Below are positions 10,003-20,679 of a stretch of 64,000 bases of DNA, in pieces (the stretch's first letter is position 1; each line of letters begins with the position of its first letter). Origin of the DNA: an uncultured Thermococci archaeon (GTDB taxonomy: Archaea > Methanobacteriota_B > Thermococci > Methanofastidiosales > B48-G16); assembly GCA_964595645.1 (NCBI GenBank), contig CAZQQT010000007.1:64001-128000 (forward strand), written 5' to 3'. The notes beneath the pieces are model-generated. The model was not told where the DNA came from. It ran no database searches and saw only the letters and a program-made list of their open reading frames with translations. The position numbers were made by a program, and so were the translations under genes.

Positions 10003-10204
10003 TATACGGAAGTGCTCTGGAGATTCGTAACTGTCGGAGAGAAAGACACATTTTATAATGATGGTTAATGCCTCCCTCTTACCTATTTGAGTATTTCTTT
10101 ACAAGTTTTTTCATCACGTAACGAAAAGTTTATAAATAAGGATTTGCATAATACGTATATGAAACAAAAAATGTTGTTTTGTACGATCTGCCTAAGGTGA
10201 GAGA

Positions 10205-10696
10205 ATGGCAATTTTTGGACTGATAGCAGTTGGGTTCCTCGGTATCGGCTACTTTCTATACTACTCGCTGAAAGCACTGGCATGGGTTATCTCAACATTT
10301 TACAACACGTACTCCGCATCCACTAAAGAGAAAACGGAACGGCAGAAACAGAAGTACAGGGACAAAGTCAATGAGGAGTTCGGGAAGACATCCCGACGCA
10401 AATCCACGAGAACACGATCCCACTATAAAAAGACGTATTCATCACACTCATATCATAGTACAAAATCGAGAGTTGCATCACAATCTCATCGTAGTACAAA
10501 ATCGAGGGTGGCGAAGGCACTCCATCTCCTTGAAATCTCACGGAAAGCATCCATAAAAGAGATAAAACGTGCTTACAGAAAGAAAGCGAAGAAGTACCAT
10601 CCCGATACAAACGGTGGTCATACAACAAGAAAATTCATCGAACTCACCAACGCGTACAAGCTCCTCCTCACACTTAAAAAACAGGGGGCGATCTAA
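10205..10696 (+). CDS. Membrane-anchored DnaJ-domain protein
   Basis: N-terminal TM helix; C-terminal J domain EIKRAYRKKAKKYHPD; AGGTGA SD. Confidence 0.85.
   Translation: MAIFGLIAVGFLGIGYFLYYSLKALAWVISTFYNTYSASTKEKTERQKQKYRDKVNEEFGKTSRRKSTRTRSHYKKTYSSHSYHSTKSRVASQSHRSTKSRVAKALHLLEISRKASIKEIKRAYRKKAKKYHPDTNGGHTTRKFIELTNAYKLLLTLKKQGAI
10441..10512 (+). repeat. Tandem 36-bp duplication (SHSYHSTKSRVA / SQSHRSTKSRVA)
   Basis: atcacactcatatcatagtacaaaatcgagagttgc followed by atcacaatctcatcgtagtacaaaatcgagggtggc. Confidence 0.85.
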
Positions 10697-10966
10697 ATGG
10701 GTACACTCACGGATCTCATCGTCGACGTCATCTCACGAAACTTAATCAGATCGAAAGGAGAACGCCGGATAGAAGGGCAGACCGCTGCGATGCTTCAGGC
10801 GCTCAACGAGGAGAGAACCGCGCAGGGAAAACCACCAATTGTTGTTGAACAGCGAGAAGGATGGGTCACAAAAGTGGCGAGAGGGTTGGCAACGTTCTTC
10901 ATCGTGCTGCTGTGTGTGCTGATTATTCTCCTCATGATCGCCGCCAAAGTGTTAGTCGTTCCGTGA
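10697..10966 (+). CDS. Small hypothetical protein with C-terminal TM helix
   Basis: ATG directly follows the upstream TAA; hydrophobic C-terminus. Confidence 0.7.
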   Translation: MGTLTDLIVDVISRNLIRSKGERRIEGQTAAMLQALNEERTAQGKPPIVVEQREGWVTKVARGLATFFIVLLCVLIILLMIAAKVLVVP

Positions 10967-11011
10967 TCAAGAAAAATTGAGGTACAGTATGCGAGTAATG
11001 AGGTGAAAAAC

Positions 11012-11140
11012 ATGGGATGTAAATGGATAGACAACAGAGAATGTCCTCGGGAGAATCCCACCAAAGGAGAGTGTACCAACTGTCTCCTCGCCTTAGTACA
11101 TGAGGATCTCTGGAAGATTGCAGGAAGTAGTATTGTATAA
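11012..11140 (+). CDS. 42-aa Cys-rich micro-protein (possible zinc finger)
   Basis: GAGGTGA SD then MGCKWIDNRECPRENPTKGECTNCLLALVHEDLWKIAGSSIV*; four Cys including CxxC. Below the ORF-track cutoff. Confidence 0.65.
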   Translation: MGCKWIDNRECPRENPTKGECTNCLLALVHEDLWKIAGSSIV

Positions 11141-11212
11141 GAACTGTAGTCGTAGAAATCTAATTCAGAAAATTTAATAAGTATGCAAAAAATGTGTATG
11201 TGAGTGATAGGA

Positions 11213-14200
11213 ATGGAAGAAAAGTATGAAATCAGGGATGTGAGAAGTGTTAAAGTTTGGATGACGATATCAAATTCAACCTAAATTATTTTGATGGTGG
11301 ACACACACATCACGTTCTTAATAAAAGGGGTTATAAAGAGATTAAATTGAATCAAGACCCTCAGTTAAAGAGAAAATTTATCAATTGGTGTAAGACTAAT
11401 GATTTACCCGAACTGCTTGAAAGAGTAAAAGACCTTGATAAAGGAAAAGAAAGAAAGGATATTATACTCTTAGTACCTCCAAATTACGGTCCGTCCGAAG
11501 AATATCATTTACTGGGAGCATCCTCGTTTTCGAAGAGATACACTGAAGAAATGAATAGCAGGATAGAAACCACTGGATACATGTACTCGGGTTGGAATTA
11601 CAGTATTAAAGAAGAGAAGAAAAAACATCTCTCCGTGCCCTTCCGGTTATATGTAGGTGAGAAGAAAAAGGTAAAGGGCTATTTCCGTGTAGTTGACTTT
11701 TGGACTGATATTGAAGAAGATAAAGACTTAGAGAAGACATTAAATGATGAAAACTGGAGAGATCATTTTCGTGATGATGAACCTACTATAGATCCTACTC
11801 AGTGGAACAGTACCCATGAAGAAATGTGGAAAACAAGAACGATCTTCAAATATGACAAAGTCGAAAGATTCTCAGAAGAAAAAGACCTAAGTGAGTTTGA
11901 AAATATTGAAGGCGAAACACCTCAATTCTATCAAAAAGGATTTGACGTAATTTGTGAAAAGAAAGAGGAGGGAAGAAAGATGGATAAAGATATGAATATT
12001 ATAGGCGTAGTGGCTAAAGTTGCATGGTCTCATAACAGATGGAAGGGGTTTGATGAGGAGGGATATCGAAAAAGAGAAAATTATAACTATAAATTTGTGA
12101 GAATAAGCGGTCACGCCCATGAATGGTGGGGATTTTATGAAGATTTCGATAAAGATTACTACTATGGACATGTGGCGATGAGTGAAAGAACACCTAAGAA
12201 AAAGTTTAAAGACGCCTTAATACCTGTTATATCATATAACATTAATAATCGGGAGTTCTATCTTGTAGGTTTTTTTGGAAATGCAAAATTTACTGGAGAA
12301 AAATATAAAACAGAAACGAAAATGAAAAAACTACTCTCAGAAGACTGTATTGATAGTTTGCCACAAATTGCTGATAAATTTGATCAGGAGGATTGGAAGG
12401 ATGCTGCAGAACGTATGAGAGACTTTATAAAAAACAAAATAAAGTATGACGGGAATATTAAAGCACCGAAAAAATTTTCTACAGTATTTGAAGAGGAAGC
12501 ATATATTAAAATCGATCCACAGGAGGATCTAACCGTGGGGAGACTCGGACAGGCTCCCTACATGTACATCGGACATACCGAAACAGTCCCTCCAGAAAAT
12601 GTTCATAAGTTACTGCTTAAAGCAAAAGAAAGACACGAGACGATCTTAAAAAATACTCAAGATGTAAATAAGGAGGAAGAAATTGAGGAGATAATTGAAA
12701 AAATTGATCGTGTGGTAGATAAATACTTTTCCGAAGTGGAAAGAACTGCAGGACCCATAAATTATTACCTTGAAGTCTCTGCAGCGCCTTGGCAGGGTCC
12801 GATAGGAAAAATATTGGAAACAGGAGTAGATAGTAAATACAAAATGATGCAGGAATTAACTCCTGGAGACGTTGTAATTCATTATAGACCAAGCAGAGTA
12901 AGAAAGTATCCCCAACGATTTGTTGGCTATTCGAAAGTTAAGAAGAGCGCAAAAACATTTAGTAGAGATGAATTGGTGCAATTTTTAAAGAATCGTGACA
13001 TTTTGAGTGAAAAGTATAGAGAATTTGCAGAAGAAGGTGTTCTAAGCTATGATAAAGCTTGGATAGTGGAATTAAAAGATTTTAAAGAATTTAAAAATGA
13101 GAAAAAACCAAGCTACCACACTGTAAAAGATCAACTTGGATTTAAGGTTACTGAAGGCTACCTTCATTCGTTAGATAAAGAAATTGCTGAAGGAATAATT
13201 AATCTAAGCGATCTAAAAGAACCGAACGAGAGAAAGGAAAAATGGAAAGACAAAAAACAAGATCTTGGCTACGAGATAGAGAGAAAATTCACTATCAATG
13301 GCCTATTTTTCCCCGAAGGAGAAAGGGAGACTCTTGAAAAACAGATCACTACGGCAATAAGAAACAGGAAACATATCATTCTCATTGGAGCTCCTGGAAC
13401 GGGAAAATCAAAGCTGGCAAAGGAAATTTGTGAATTCTATGTGGGGAATAAAAACTACATTATGAGTACTGCAACGTCTGACTGGTCAACGTTTGATACG
13501 ATCGGTGGGTACCATCCTGACAAAGAAGGAAAACTGAATTTCAAAAGTGGTATATTCTTGCGATGTTTCAGGGACAGTGAAACTCTTAACCCTGAGGATC
13601 GATGGTTAATAATAGATGAAATAAATCGGGCGGACATAGATAAAGCGTTCGGTTCATTATTCTCAGCCCTTACTGGAGACACCATCACACTGCCATTTGA
13701 GGTTGCAGATGAACAGATAGAGGTCGTAGGAGATCCAAATGATGACGATGAGATTCAAGGGAACAAATTCATAATCCACCCAGACTGGCGGATTATCGCG
13801 ACGATGAACACCTATGACAAAGCTTCACTCTATGAAATGAGTTACGCATTTATGAGACGGTTTGCGTTTGTTCCTGTAGATGTCCCCAATGAAATTGACG
13901 AAGATCTAATTCGAGAATATTTAGACATTTGGCATCTTGAAAGAGAGGAAAACGCTGAGTTAGTTGATAAAGTAACGAAGCTGTGGAAAACTATCAACAA
14001 CTCCAGGAAAATAGGTCCGGCGATCATTAAAGATATCTATGAGTACCTCACTGAAGAGGATGATCTCACCAGCGCCGTGATCATGTACGTGTTGCCACAG
14101 TTTGAGGGATTGCCAGAGGACAAAATATGCACCTTTGTGGATGAGTTAGATATTATTGAAGCAAAAGATGAACTCATAGATTTCTGCGTGGATTTCTTTG

Positions 14201-14238
14201 GAATTGCACGAGAAAAATTCAAAAAATCATCTGAGTGA
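11213..14238 (+). CDS. mcrB: McrB-family AAA+ GTPase with a long multi-domain N-terminus (includes an EVE-like domain)
   Basis: GAPGTGKS Walker A, LIIDEINRA Walker B, ATMNTYD McrB signature, AFMRRF. The open frame starts at TTG 11257; an upstream ATG at 11213 (MEEKYEIRDVRSVKVW) joins it if one G is added near 11260. Confidence 0.85.
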
Positions 14239-15615
14239 AGATAATGAAGGCAGGAGCTAAAACATTATTGGATGATATCGCTGAAGATTTCGTTCAGTAT
14301 CTCAAAAGTGGTAATTTAAACATTAAATCGTTTTCTAAAAGGATAGATCCTACCCTCAACATCGATAATATTGAAAAATTGCTGAGGATACACTTTGTAC
14401 TCACAGAACAACGAGGAGAACACGGTGTTGGAGTAATTGATTTTATTGACAACCTCTCTGAAAGGATACGACGAATAAAAACGACGGTGAAAAAGACAAG
14501 AACGTTATTCAGAGGAAAGGTGCGAGGAAAAATATGTTGGAAAGATACACTGCGGTATCGGTACAACTCAAATCCAAAGGATAGTACTCTTTTCGTCTGT
14601 GACAGACGGGAAAAAAATTACGAAATCTCAGAGAACCTAGTACTGAAAAGACTCCTTCAAATTATCCATGAGATTGTGTATACCGATCTACGAGTCGCGC
14701 TTGAAAAAGAGTACGAGTGGATCGGGGAATGGGCGTCGGAGGAAAAAAACCTAGAGAAAACGTTGAATCGGATATTCTTTAGAAATGTCTATCTGAGAAG
14801 AATTGATCTGACAGACGTGAAAGTCACTAATAGAATGATCAGTAGAGCGAAACGATCGAGACAGCCACTGTACAGAGAAGCAGCTGTGCTCCTCTCGCAG
14901 TATAGGGAGCTGATGAATTACGAGTTTGATCCGGAAGAGGCAAAAAACCTTCTGAAAAATACCTTCATCAACCCGGAGAAAACGGAGGTACTGTTTGAGC
15001 TGTACTGGATAATTAAAATCATAAAAAAATCACTTTACCGATCCGAAGTTCCGGTTGATCGTTCCCGGTGAGAATGTGGTAGCAGAATGGGTATCCGACG
15101 ACTCTACATACAGGATCTACCACGATTCCTGTGGGAGTTTTAAGTTCAAAGAGAGTATTGCATGGCTTAATGTTAATGCACAACTAAAAGACAAAGATAA
15201 CTATCTTGGTCGGGAATTGCAAGTGATAGACATGCTGGAAAAAATGACGGGGAAGGGGTCGCAGGACAGTCTGTGGGGTGGCAGACCGGATATCGTACTC
15301 GAAAAATACGATGAGAACGGTGACATTGTGTCAGTGCTAATAGGTGAGGTTAAATACACGGACAGCAAGAATTACGCGATTCAGGGCCTCAAAGAACTAC
15401 TCGAATATATCGCATTGATCAAAGAAGGTGAGAACTACAAACTACGCTATGAGGATTTGTTCGAAAATATAGACGCAGTGAAGGGATGTTTATTCCTCGA
15501 TGCGATCGCTGACTGGGAGATCGAAGAAGAAAAGAACATCTCAGTAGTGATGTTTGGTGAGGATTCTACCACGTTAAAAAACGTTATAGAGGGAGTGAAA
15601 CGTGACTCGCGTTGA
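14235..15615 (+). pseudogene. mcrC: McrC-like PD-(D/E)xK nuclease split by a +1 frameshift in an A7 tract (15023-15029)
   Basis: ORF 14235-15071 (VRGKICW, YEISENLVLK, LFELY) plus ORF 15055-15615 (RPDIVL...IGEVKY). Removing one A gives the continuous reading IIKNHFTDPKFRLIVPGEN. Confidence 0.75.
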
Positions 15616-15994
15616 CCGTGCAAAAAACCGAAACATCATTGATATGGCACTCTCGTTTTCTGCGATGACAAGAATCTTTGAGAAAGGATCCACCGAAAAA
15701 GTACGGAAGAAGTTCTACAAGGATATTGACAAATTCTTCAGTATGCACCACGAAGAAGCTTCAACGAAAACAAACTGGACAAAAAAGTACTATATCGTTG
15801 CATTTTTAGAACTCAAGTATCCTCCAATTGATAGCACTAACTACAGAGAGTATGAAGCAGAAATCCAAAACAACATGCACTACCGCCGCGGAGATTTCGA
15901 GCGACACGATAAAAGTTTTATCCTGAAAGGAACAAAGAACAGCGGGTGGCTTGAGAACCCAATCCGAATCGACGCGGGGGAGACGAGGAACTAA
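15602..15994 (+). CDS. Hypothetical protein (possibly truncated or chimeric)
   Basis: Overlaps the mcrC end with a GGAG SD; no motif recognised. Confidence 0.45.
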   Translation: MTRVDRAKNRNIIDMALSFSAMTRIFEKGSTEKVRKKFYKDIDKFFSMHHEEASTKTNWTKKYYIVAFLELKYPPIDSTNYREYEAEIQNNMHYRRGDFERHDKSFILKGTKNSGWLENPIRIDAGETRN

Positions 15995-16264
15995 CTACCT
16001 CATGAAAAAAGAAATTGCGCAGTACAAACTAAAAAATAAAGAAAAACGAGGATTAAATAGGTGTTATTGTAGGTAGGTTGGAGGAATCTATAATTCCCTT
16101 GGTTCATGATTGTAGAAAATAGTAGCTTCGTGTGGTTAGCGTATCTTTAAATTGAGATTTCTATTTGTTTTAATTTGTATAGAAATCTAACTTTTATAGG
16201 TACTCTTTCGAAATGGAGAAAATATTTATAGAAAGACTTAGAAGTATAATTGAAGGAAATTCCT

Positions 16265-17431
16265 ATGAATAAAAATCTGGTTCAAAATTTGTATGGCGAA
16301 TATGAAGAAAAAATAGATTCAATCATAAAAGAACATGGTGAAGAAGACGGTTTTATAACGGAAGGAAAGATGTGGTGGGACTATTACAAAGAGTTAATAG
16401 ACGAAACGTTGGACAAGATTAAAAACGGCGAATTGACAGAAAAAGATGCTAAAAAGTTTTATAAAACTTTTGGATTTGGTCCCAAACTTTACGGCCGCAC
16501 ATTTATCGAAAATGGGTTATCTAGCATAGAAAAGTTATTTCTCTTCTTAGCCGATGGTGATATTCCTGCGGAAAGAAAAATCGCTGAAGTAGTAGAAGAT
16601 CCAGAAAGTGAAAACTATTTTAGAGGCGTAGGTATCAACTTTGTTACTCTCTTCTTAACGACTTTTTTCCCTAAAAAATACGTGCAATGGAATAGGCAAA
16701 CAGATGGAGCTTTGGAATTGTTAAAGATCTATCCGGAGAAGGAAAGAGGAGAGAAAAAATCTGAGTTCTATTCAAAAATAAATAGTGTCTGCAAAGAGAT
16801 CGGTAGAACTGTGGATGTCAATTTTTTACCGAAGATTGATAACTTCCTTTACTGTCTAAACAAAGGATATATTGGAACAGAAATAGTTGAACCTGAGTAC
16901 GAAAAGGAAGCAAAGAAAAAGGAAGAACTTGAAGAAAAAGAACTGAAAACGGAAGAGGTAAGAACCCATACGAAAATGATGTACTATCTTATAAAAATAG
17001 GATTAAAGAAAAACTATAATGTGTGGGTTGCTAAAAATGACAGAAATAAAGAATATAGGGAAGAAAAATTTTCAGACCTCTGTTTAAGCGAAATACCAAA
17101 TTTTACAGGACCCGATACATTAGCAATCGCAAAGTATATAGATGTGATATGGTTTAGAAAAAATACTTTACATCCTGTCCGTTTTTTTGAGATAGAACAC
17201 ACCACAACAATTTATTCTGGATTATTGCGATTAAACGATGTTGCAGTGGATTATCCTATTGGCAAAGCAACGATTGTCATTCCGGAAGAAAGGATTAATT
17301 TATTTGAAACACAGATAGATAGACGAACCTTCAAAGTGGGCACCGATTTATCGGATGTATGTGACTATTTAACTTACGGAGATCTAAAAAAGTGGTATGA
17401 AGCAGTAAATATTGATTCAAAATACTCATAG
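16265..17431 (+). CDS. Putative restriction endonuclease-like protein (C-terminal PD-(D/E)xK domain)
   Basis: C-terminal YIDVIWF...FFEIEHTTTIYSGLLRLND motif; helical N-terminal domain (GVGINFVTLFLTTFFPKKYVQWN) and a charged linker. Confidence 0.6.
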   Translation: MNKNLVQNLYGEYEEKIDSIIKEHGEEDGFITEGKMWWDYYKELIDETLDKIKNGELTEKDAKKFYKTFGFGPKLYGRTFIENGLSSIEKLFLFLADGDIPAERKIAEVVEDPESENYFRGVGINFVTLFLTTFFPKKYVQWNRQTDGALELLKIYPEKERGEKKSEFYSKINSVCKEIGRTVDVNFLPKIDNFLYCLNKGYIGTEIVEPEYEKEAKKKEELEEKELKTEEVRTHTKMMYYLIKIGLKKNYNVWVAKNDRNKEYREEKFSDLCLSEIPNFTGPDTLAIAKYIDVIWFRKNTLHPVRFFEIEHTTTIYSGLLRLNDVAVDYPIGKATIVIPEERINLFETQIDRRTFKVGTDLSDVCDYLTYGDLKKWYEAVNIDSKYS

Positions 17432-17644
17432 CACGATTCACTCCAAGATTTGATAACAACACTGTGTAGAGGAAAGAGTTGAATTCGTAAAACTCTAGAA
17501 AGATCCTCGCAAGAGAGGAAAGGAGGATAATATTCGCTTACCAGCCTCGTAGTTATTTTACAGTTCAAAGTAGATACTCACGAGGAAAGGATAAATTTTA
17601 AATAGAATCTAGTGGAATAATAACAAAGAGTAGGAGGAGGAATA

Positions 17645-19171
17645 ATGCAAAAAAAACTAGGAAAAATGACACTTGATAGGCTTGAATCACATTTATGGGA
17701 GTCTGCAAACATTTTGAGAGGAAGTATCGACTCATCTGACTACAAGAATTATATTTTTGGTCTACTGTTTCTGAAACGGCTGAGTGATGTATTCGAAGAG
17801 AAACAAGAAGAAATCAGGAAAAATCATGGAGAAGAATTTATCGAAGATAGAGACTTCCATGAGTTTTATGTGCCTGAGAGAGCCCGCTGGGACAACATCA
17901 AAGAAAAAACACAAGACATTGGTGCAGAACTAAACAAAGCATTTGAAGTCTTGGAGGAAGAAAACAGTCTTTTAGAGGGAGTATTAGTCAGCATTGACTA
18001 TAACGATAAAGAACGGCTACCTGACAACGTGCTAGAAGAACTCATTCAACATTTCACAACATATGGGTTGGGGAACAAGGATCTGGAGGATCCCGATCTG
18101 TTAGGCAGAGCCTACGAATACCTCATCCGACAGTTTGCCGACGATGCAGGGAAAAAAGGAGGTGAGTTTTACACACCTCGAGGCGTGGTTAAACTGATAG
18201 TGGAGATACTGGATCCGAAGGAAGGAATGAGAATCTACGACCCCTGTTGCGGATCCGGTGGAATGCTGATATACTCTGCAAAGCATTTAGAAGAGAATGG
18301 TCACAGCCCTTCGGAAATATCGCTGTACGGACAGGAACGGAATCTGAATACCTGGGCCATCTGCAAGATGAACATGTTGCTTCATGGGTTATACGATGCA
18401 AAAGTAGAGAAGGGAGATACCATGCGGGATCCAAAGTTCGTGGAGGAAGGAACATTGCAGCAGTTCGATATTGTGGTCGCAAATCCTATGTGGAACCAGA
18501 GTTCGTGGAGCAAAGAGTACCTCAAAAATGCCGAGCCGTATGGGCGCTTCTCTTATGGACTTCCACCAAAGAACTCGGCGGACTGGGCGTGGATACAACA
18601 CATGCTGGCCAGCACACACAAAAAGGGGAAGGTCGGCGTTGTTTTGGATAACGGTGTGCTGTTCAGAAGCAGAAGTGAGGGTAAAATCAGGGAGAAGGTG
18701 ATAAAAGACGATCTCATTGAAGCCGTCATTGCCCTCCCACCAAATCTATTCTACAACACATCGTCTCCGGGAACGATCCTCATTCTCAACAAGGACAAAC
18801 CTACCGAGCGAAAAGATAAAGTCATCTTCGTGTATGCCGAGGAGGAATACAGAGAAGGAAGTGCACAGAATTTCTTGGAAGAAGAGCACATCCAGAAGAT
18901 CGTGGATGCTATCGAAGATTATGAAGATCAAGAGAGATTCTGCAGAGTCGTTGGATATGAAGAGATCGAGAAGAACGACTTTAATTTAAATGTTCCCAGG
19001 TATGTGGATACTATTGAGCCGGAGGAACCGATAGATGTGAACGAAGCATGGGCTGAGTTGAAAGAAGTTGAGCAGGAAAGAGACGAGATTACGAGTGAGA
19101 TGAACGGATATCTGGAGGAGATCGGGTATGATTACTCTATGGTTGAGGGAAGTGGTGGGAAAGAAAAATGA
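17645..19171 (+). CDS. hsdM: Type I R-M methyltransferase subunit
   Basis: LWESANILRG, GGEFYTPR, YDPCCGSGG (motif I), ANPMW (motif IV), FNLNVPRYVDT. Confidence 0.96.
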   Translation: MQKKLGKMTLDRLESHLWESANILRGSIDSSDYKNYIFGLLFLKRLSDVFEEKQEEIRKNHGEEFIEDRDFHEFYVPERARWDNIKEKTQDIGAELNKAFEVLEEENSLLEGVLVSIDYNDKERLPDNVLEELIQHFTTYGLGNKDLEDPDLLGRAYEYLIRQFADDAGKKGGEFYTPRGVVKLIVEILDPKEGMRIYDPCCGSGGMLIYSAKHLEENGHSPSEISLYGQERNLNTWAICKMNMLLHGLYDAKVEKGDTMRDPKFVEEGTLQQFDIVVANPMWNQSSWSKEYLKNAEPYGRFSYGLPPKNSADWAWIQHMLASTHKKGKVGVVLDNGVLFRSRSEGKIREKVIKDDLIEAVIALPPNLFYNTSSPGTILILNKDKPTERKDKVIFVYAEEEYREGSAQNFLEEEHIQKIVDAIEDYEDQERFCRVVGYEEIEKNDFNLNVPRYVDTIEPEEPIDVNEAWAELKEVEQERDEITSEMNGYLEEIGYDYSMVEGSGGKEK

Positions 19172-20679
19172 GAATCCTCTTGGATACGAACATATTGATA
19201 TATCGGGAATCAAACCAGATTCTTTCTGAGGACATCCAAGAGCTGACAAAAATACTGAATCGAGGTGACTTTGATATTCTAATTCACCCCGCAACTTTTG
19301 ATGATATTAGTAAAGACGGGTATGAAAAAAGAAAAAGGATTATGGAATCTAAGTTCAAAACATATTCTACATTAGAAAAACCTCCGAACCCATTGGAAGA
19401 TCAAGAATTTTTAGATCGCGTTGAATGGTATTCACATCCCGAGGACGAGATTGACAATAAAATTCTTTATGCAGTATGCAGAAATGCAGTTGATTTTTTA
19501 ATCACTGAAGATCATGGGATACATCACAATGCTAAGGAGATTGGTATTGATGAACGTGTTCTTCTTGCACAAGACGCTTTGAAATTATTTGAACAAAAGG
19601 AAGAAAAACCTCCGAATGTACCTCCATCGTTGGAAAAAAATTATGTTTACAATTTGGACATTTCCGATCCTATTTTCGATAGCTTAAAAAGAGATTATCC
19701 GGATTTCGAGGATTGGTTTGAGAAAATATCGAAAGAGGGAAGGAAATGTTATGTTAACCGTAGAAAAGACGGTAAAGTAGGTGCTTTGTTGATATATAAA
19801 CTGGAAGAAGAAGATATGACCAACACAAGTCCACCTTTACCATTGAAAAGGAGATTAAAAATATGTACCTTAAAAGTCACTCATGTCGGTTATAAGATAG
19901 GAGAACTATTCATTAAAACCTCAGTAGACATGGCATTGAAAAAAGGTTGTGAACAAATCTATCTCACACATTTCACAGAACCCGACGATAGATTGGTATC
20001 ATTGATAAACGATTTTGGGTTTTACAAAGGAGCGGTTAAACATTGGGATGATGGTCGAGAAGAAGACATTTTTTTGAAAGAACTATTTGCCGGAGATGAC
20101 GTAGAACAATTATCCCCGCTAGAGATCTCTGAAAAATATTATCCAACATACTATCATGGAAGAAATGTTCGCAAATTTATTGTACCAATAGTCCCAAAGT
20201 ACCACGATAGGCTATTCACCGACTGCGGGGGACGACAAACCTTTTTACATGAACATGCTGGCGAGTTCGTAACGGAGGGAAACACAATAAAAAAAGCTTA
20301 TTTAAGCCATTCAAAAACCGGAATGGTAAGACCAGGCGATATTCTGCTCTTTTATCGTTCTCATGATCAACAAAGAATAACTTCTCTCGGTGTTGTGGAA
20401 AAAGTTCATGATGAACTTACAAATGCAGGTGAAATAGCCAGTATTGTGGGTAAACGTACTGTCTATTCGTTAAGAGAAATAGAAGAAATGTCAGAAAAAG
20501 AAACAAAGGTAATTTTGTTTAGACATCACTTTCACTTGCCTCTTCCACTAGATTATAAATTCTTGAGGAAACAATCCATAATCAAAGGGCCTACAAGGTC
20601 TATAACTAAAATCGACCACGATAACTATTTAAAAATGGTTGAAAAAGGTGGTATAGATGAACGTTTTACTGTCGATTAA
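19168..20679 (+). CDS. PIN-GNAT-EVE/PUA-like fusion protein
   Basis: PIN (ILLDTNILI...D..LITED), GNAT (LKICTLKV...GYKIGELFI), C-terminal PUA/EVE-like part (GNTIKKAYL...RPGDILLFYRS). Confidence 0.8.
   Translation: MRILLDTNILIYRESNQILSEDIQELTKILNRGDFDILIHPATFDDISKDGYEKRKRIMESKFKTYSTLEKPPNPLEDQEFLDRVEWYSHPEDEIDNKILYAVCRNAVDFLITEDHGIHHNAKEIGIDERVLLAQDALKLFEQKEEKPPNVPPSLEKNYVYNLDISDPIFDSLKRDYPDFEDWFEKISKEGRKCYVNRRKDGKVGALLIYKLEEEDMTNTSPPLPLKRRLKICTLKVTHVGYKIGELFIKTSVDMALKKGCEQIYLTHFTEPDDRLVSLINDFGFYKGAVKHWDDGREEDIFLKELFAGDDVEQLSPLEISEKYYPTYYHGRNVRKFIVPIVPKYHDRLFTDCGGRQTFLHEHAGEFVTEGNTIKKAYLSHSKTGMVRPGDILLFYRSHDQQRITSLGVVEKVHDELTNAGEIASIVGKRTVYSLREIEEMSEKETKVILFRHHFHLPLPLDYKFLRKQSIIKGPTRSITKIDHDNYLKMVEKGGIDERFTVD

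Noticed and set aside
17432-17644. Repeated GAGGAAAG words upstream of hsdM
   Set aside because: Short, irregularly spaced purine-rich words; not distinguishable from chance.
18478-18498. HsdM motif IV NPMW instead of NPPF/Y/W as a sign of inactivity
   Set aside because: As I recall, NPMW occurs in a subgroup of type I methyltransferases, and the rest of the gene is intact.
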